The translations under genes and the position numbers were made by a program. Shown piece by piece: positions 62,901-64,000 of a stretch of 64,000 nt of DNA. The notes under the pieces were generated by a model. That model saw only the letters and a list, made by a program, of their open reading frames with translations. It did no database searches and was not told the DNA's origin. Position 1 is the first letter of the stretch. Each line of letters starts with the position of its first letter. The stretch is from Haliotis cracherodii (Eukaryota), in contig NW_027266275.1 of NCBI RefSeq assembly GCF_022045235.1, positions 54,374,001-54,438,000 of the forward strand, in the 5' to 3' direction.

Positions 62901-64000
62901 GTCAGTATCATTCAGTCTACAGGATTTTGTATTTGGATTGTTGACTTACTTTACTTTATTTGGAAACGTTCCAGAAAAAATCCGAATGATCAAATCGTCA
63001 TCTGACCAAAGATGATCTTTCATCTTGTTATTATTTTACAGTCTGGGACATTTGTCGAAACTAATGTTTCTCTCCAAGAAAATGTAATTAATTAATTTGT
63101 GATTCAATCAGTGTATTAGGGTCTGCAATGAACATGCATGATGTGAACCCGCGAAACACTTAAAAAACCCAACCCATCATGCATATTCATTTTAATCGGC
63201 TTTAAGAGACAGAAATTAGCCTAGGGGTGCAATAAGAATATCTTCAGTAATGTAATAATCATGTGCATCTGTTGATCAAATGTGAGTCAGTTCATTCTTG
63301 TTGTACAGGTATTGACACATATACATATCAAAATTTGGCTCACCCCTTAACAGTTTTCTTGTGTACTAATACATTAAGATGCTTACCTATACGTAACAAT
63401 TCCATCAATTTAGACATACTGAGAGGCTGAAAAGACTGACATAACATGTGGCCTACATTTGTCTTAATTTGATTACATTCTGCCCACAAAACACAAGTGT
63501 AAAAACAACCAGGCATCTCAATGCTTTGGATTTTCTTGAAAATTCATGCAGATTGCACTGCATTTATCATTTTGTTGAGTACTTTGTAAATGTTGCTCCT
63601 GAAGTATTCTTGTTTGTTTATTAACTCTTAATGCAAGGACTATACACATACACACAATAGACATTTGATCTGATTTTTAGTCGCCAATGCCTGTACAACA
63701 ATGATCATTGTAAGTTGTTGAAATGTCATCCCCTAGCAGGGTTAGAACTTAATACTAGCCTGCTTGCCCGGGGTTAGTACAAATTCCAGCAGGCTGGTAC
63801 AAATTTCCAAATTTTCCTATTGTTTTATGTTTGTTTATTGTTTGACACTGCACTCAGCAATATTCCAGCTATGTGAATACTGATGGTGGTCTGTAAATAA
63901 TCGAGTCTGGACCAGACAATCCAGTGATTGAAAACATGAGCCCCATTGTTTTTACAGTACAAGTGCATTTTAATTTTTATCTTTACCCAGGCTAGTAAAG

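Overview
This is animal (eukaryotic) genomic DNA, AT-rich and dense in repeats. The repeat families suggest a mollusc, possibly a gastropod such as abalone, but that is an inference. Six spliced protein-coding genes were reconstructed by hand from GT-AG junctions with consistent reading phases. They are REXO5-like DEDDh exonuclease (- strand, 14 exons) head-to-head with ERI2 DEDDh exonuclease (+, 9 exons), a secreted trypsin-like serine protease (-, 7 exons), DPH7 (-, 7 exons), and CDK2AP1 (-) head-to-head with GET4 (+, first exon only). Introns and intergenic DNA hold at least four SINE families that share a related 3' tail, several MITE families (9-bp, TA and 8-bp target-site duplications, TSDs), decayed Gypsy, L2/CR1 and Tc1 fragments, and two large intronic minisatellites. 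The most interesting observations are: (1) the REXO5-ERI2 divergent pair, which mirrors the human arrangement; (2) a SINE family with a sharply defined, highly structured head that is not tRNA-derived and is a candidate ribozyme or other functional RNA; (3) a 15-nt piece of a SINE copied into a minisatellite; (4) duplicated exon ends carrying splice donors in two genes; and (5) a MITE that may supply the DPH7 poly(A) signal. No database searches were run; all coordinates were read by hand.
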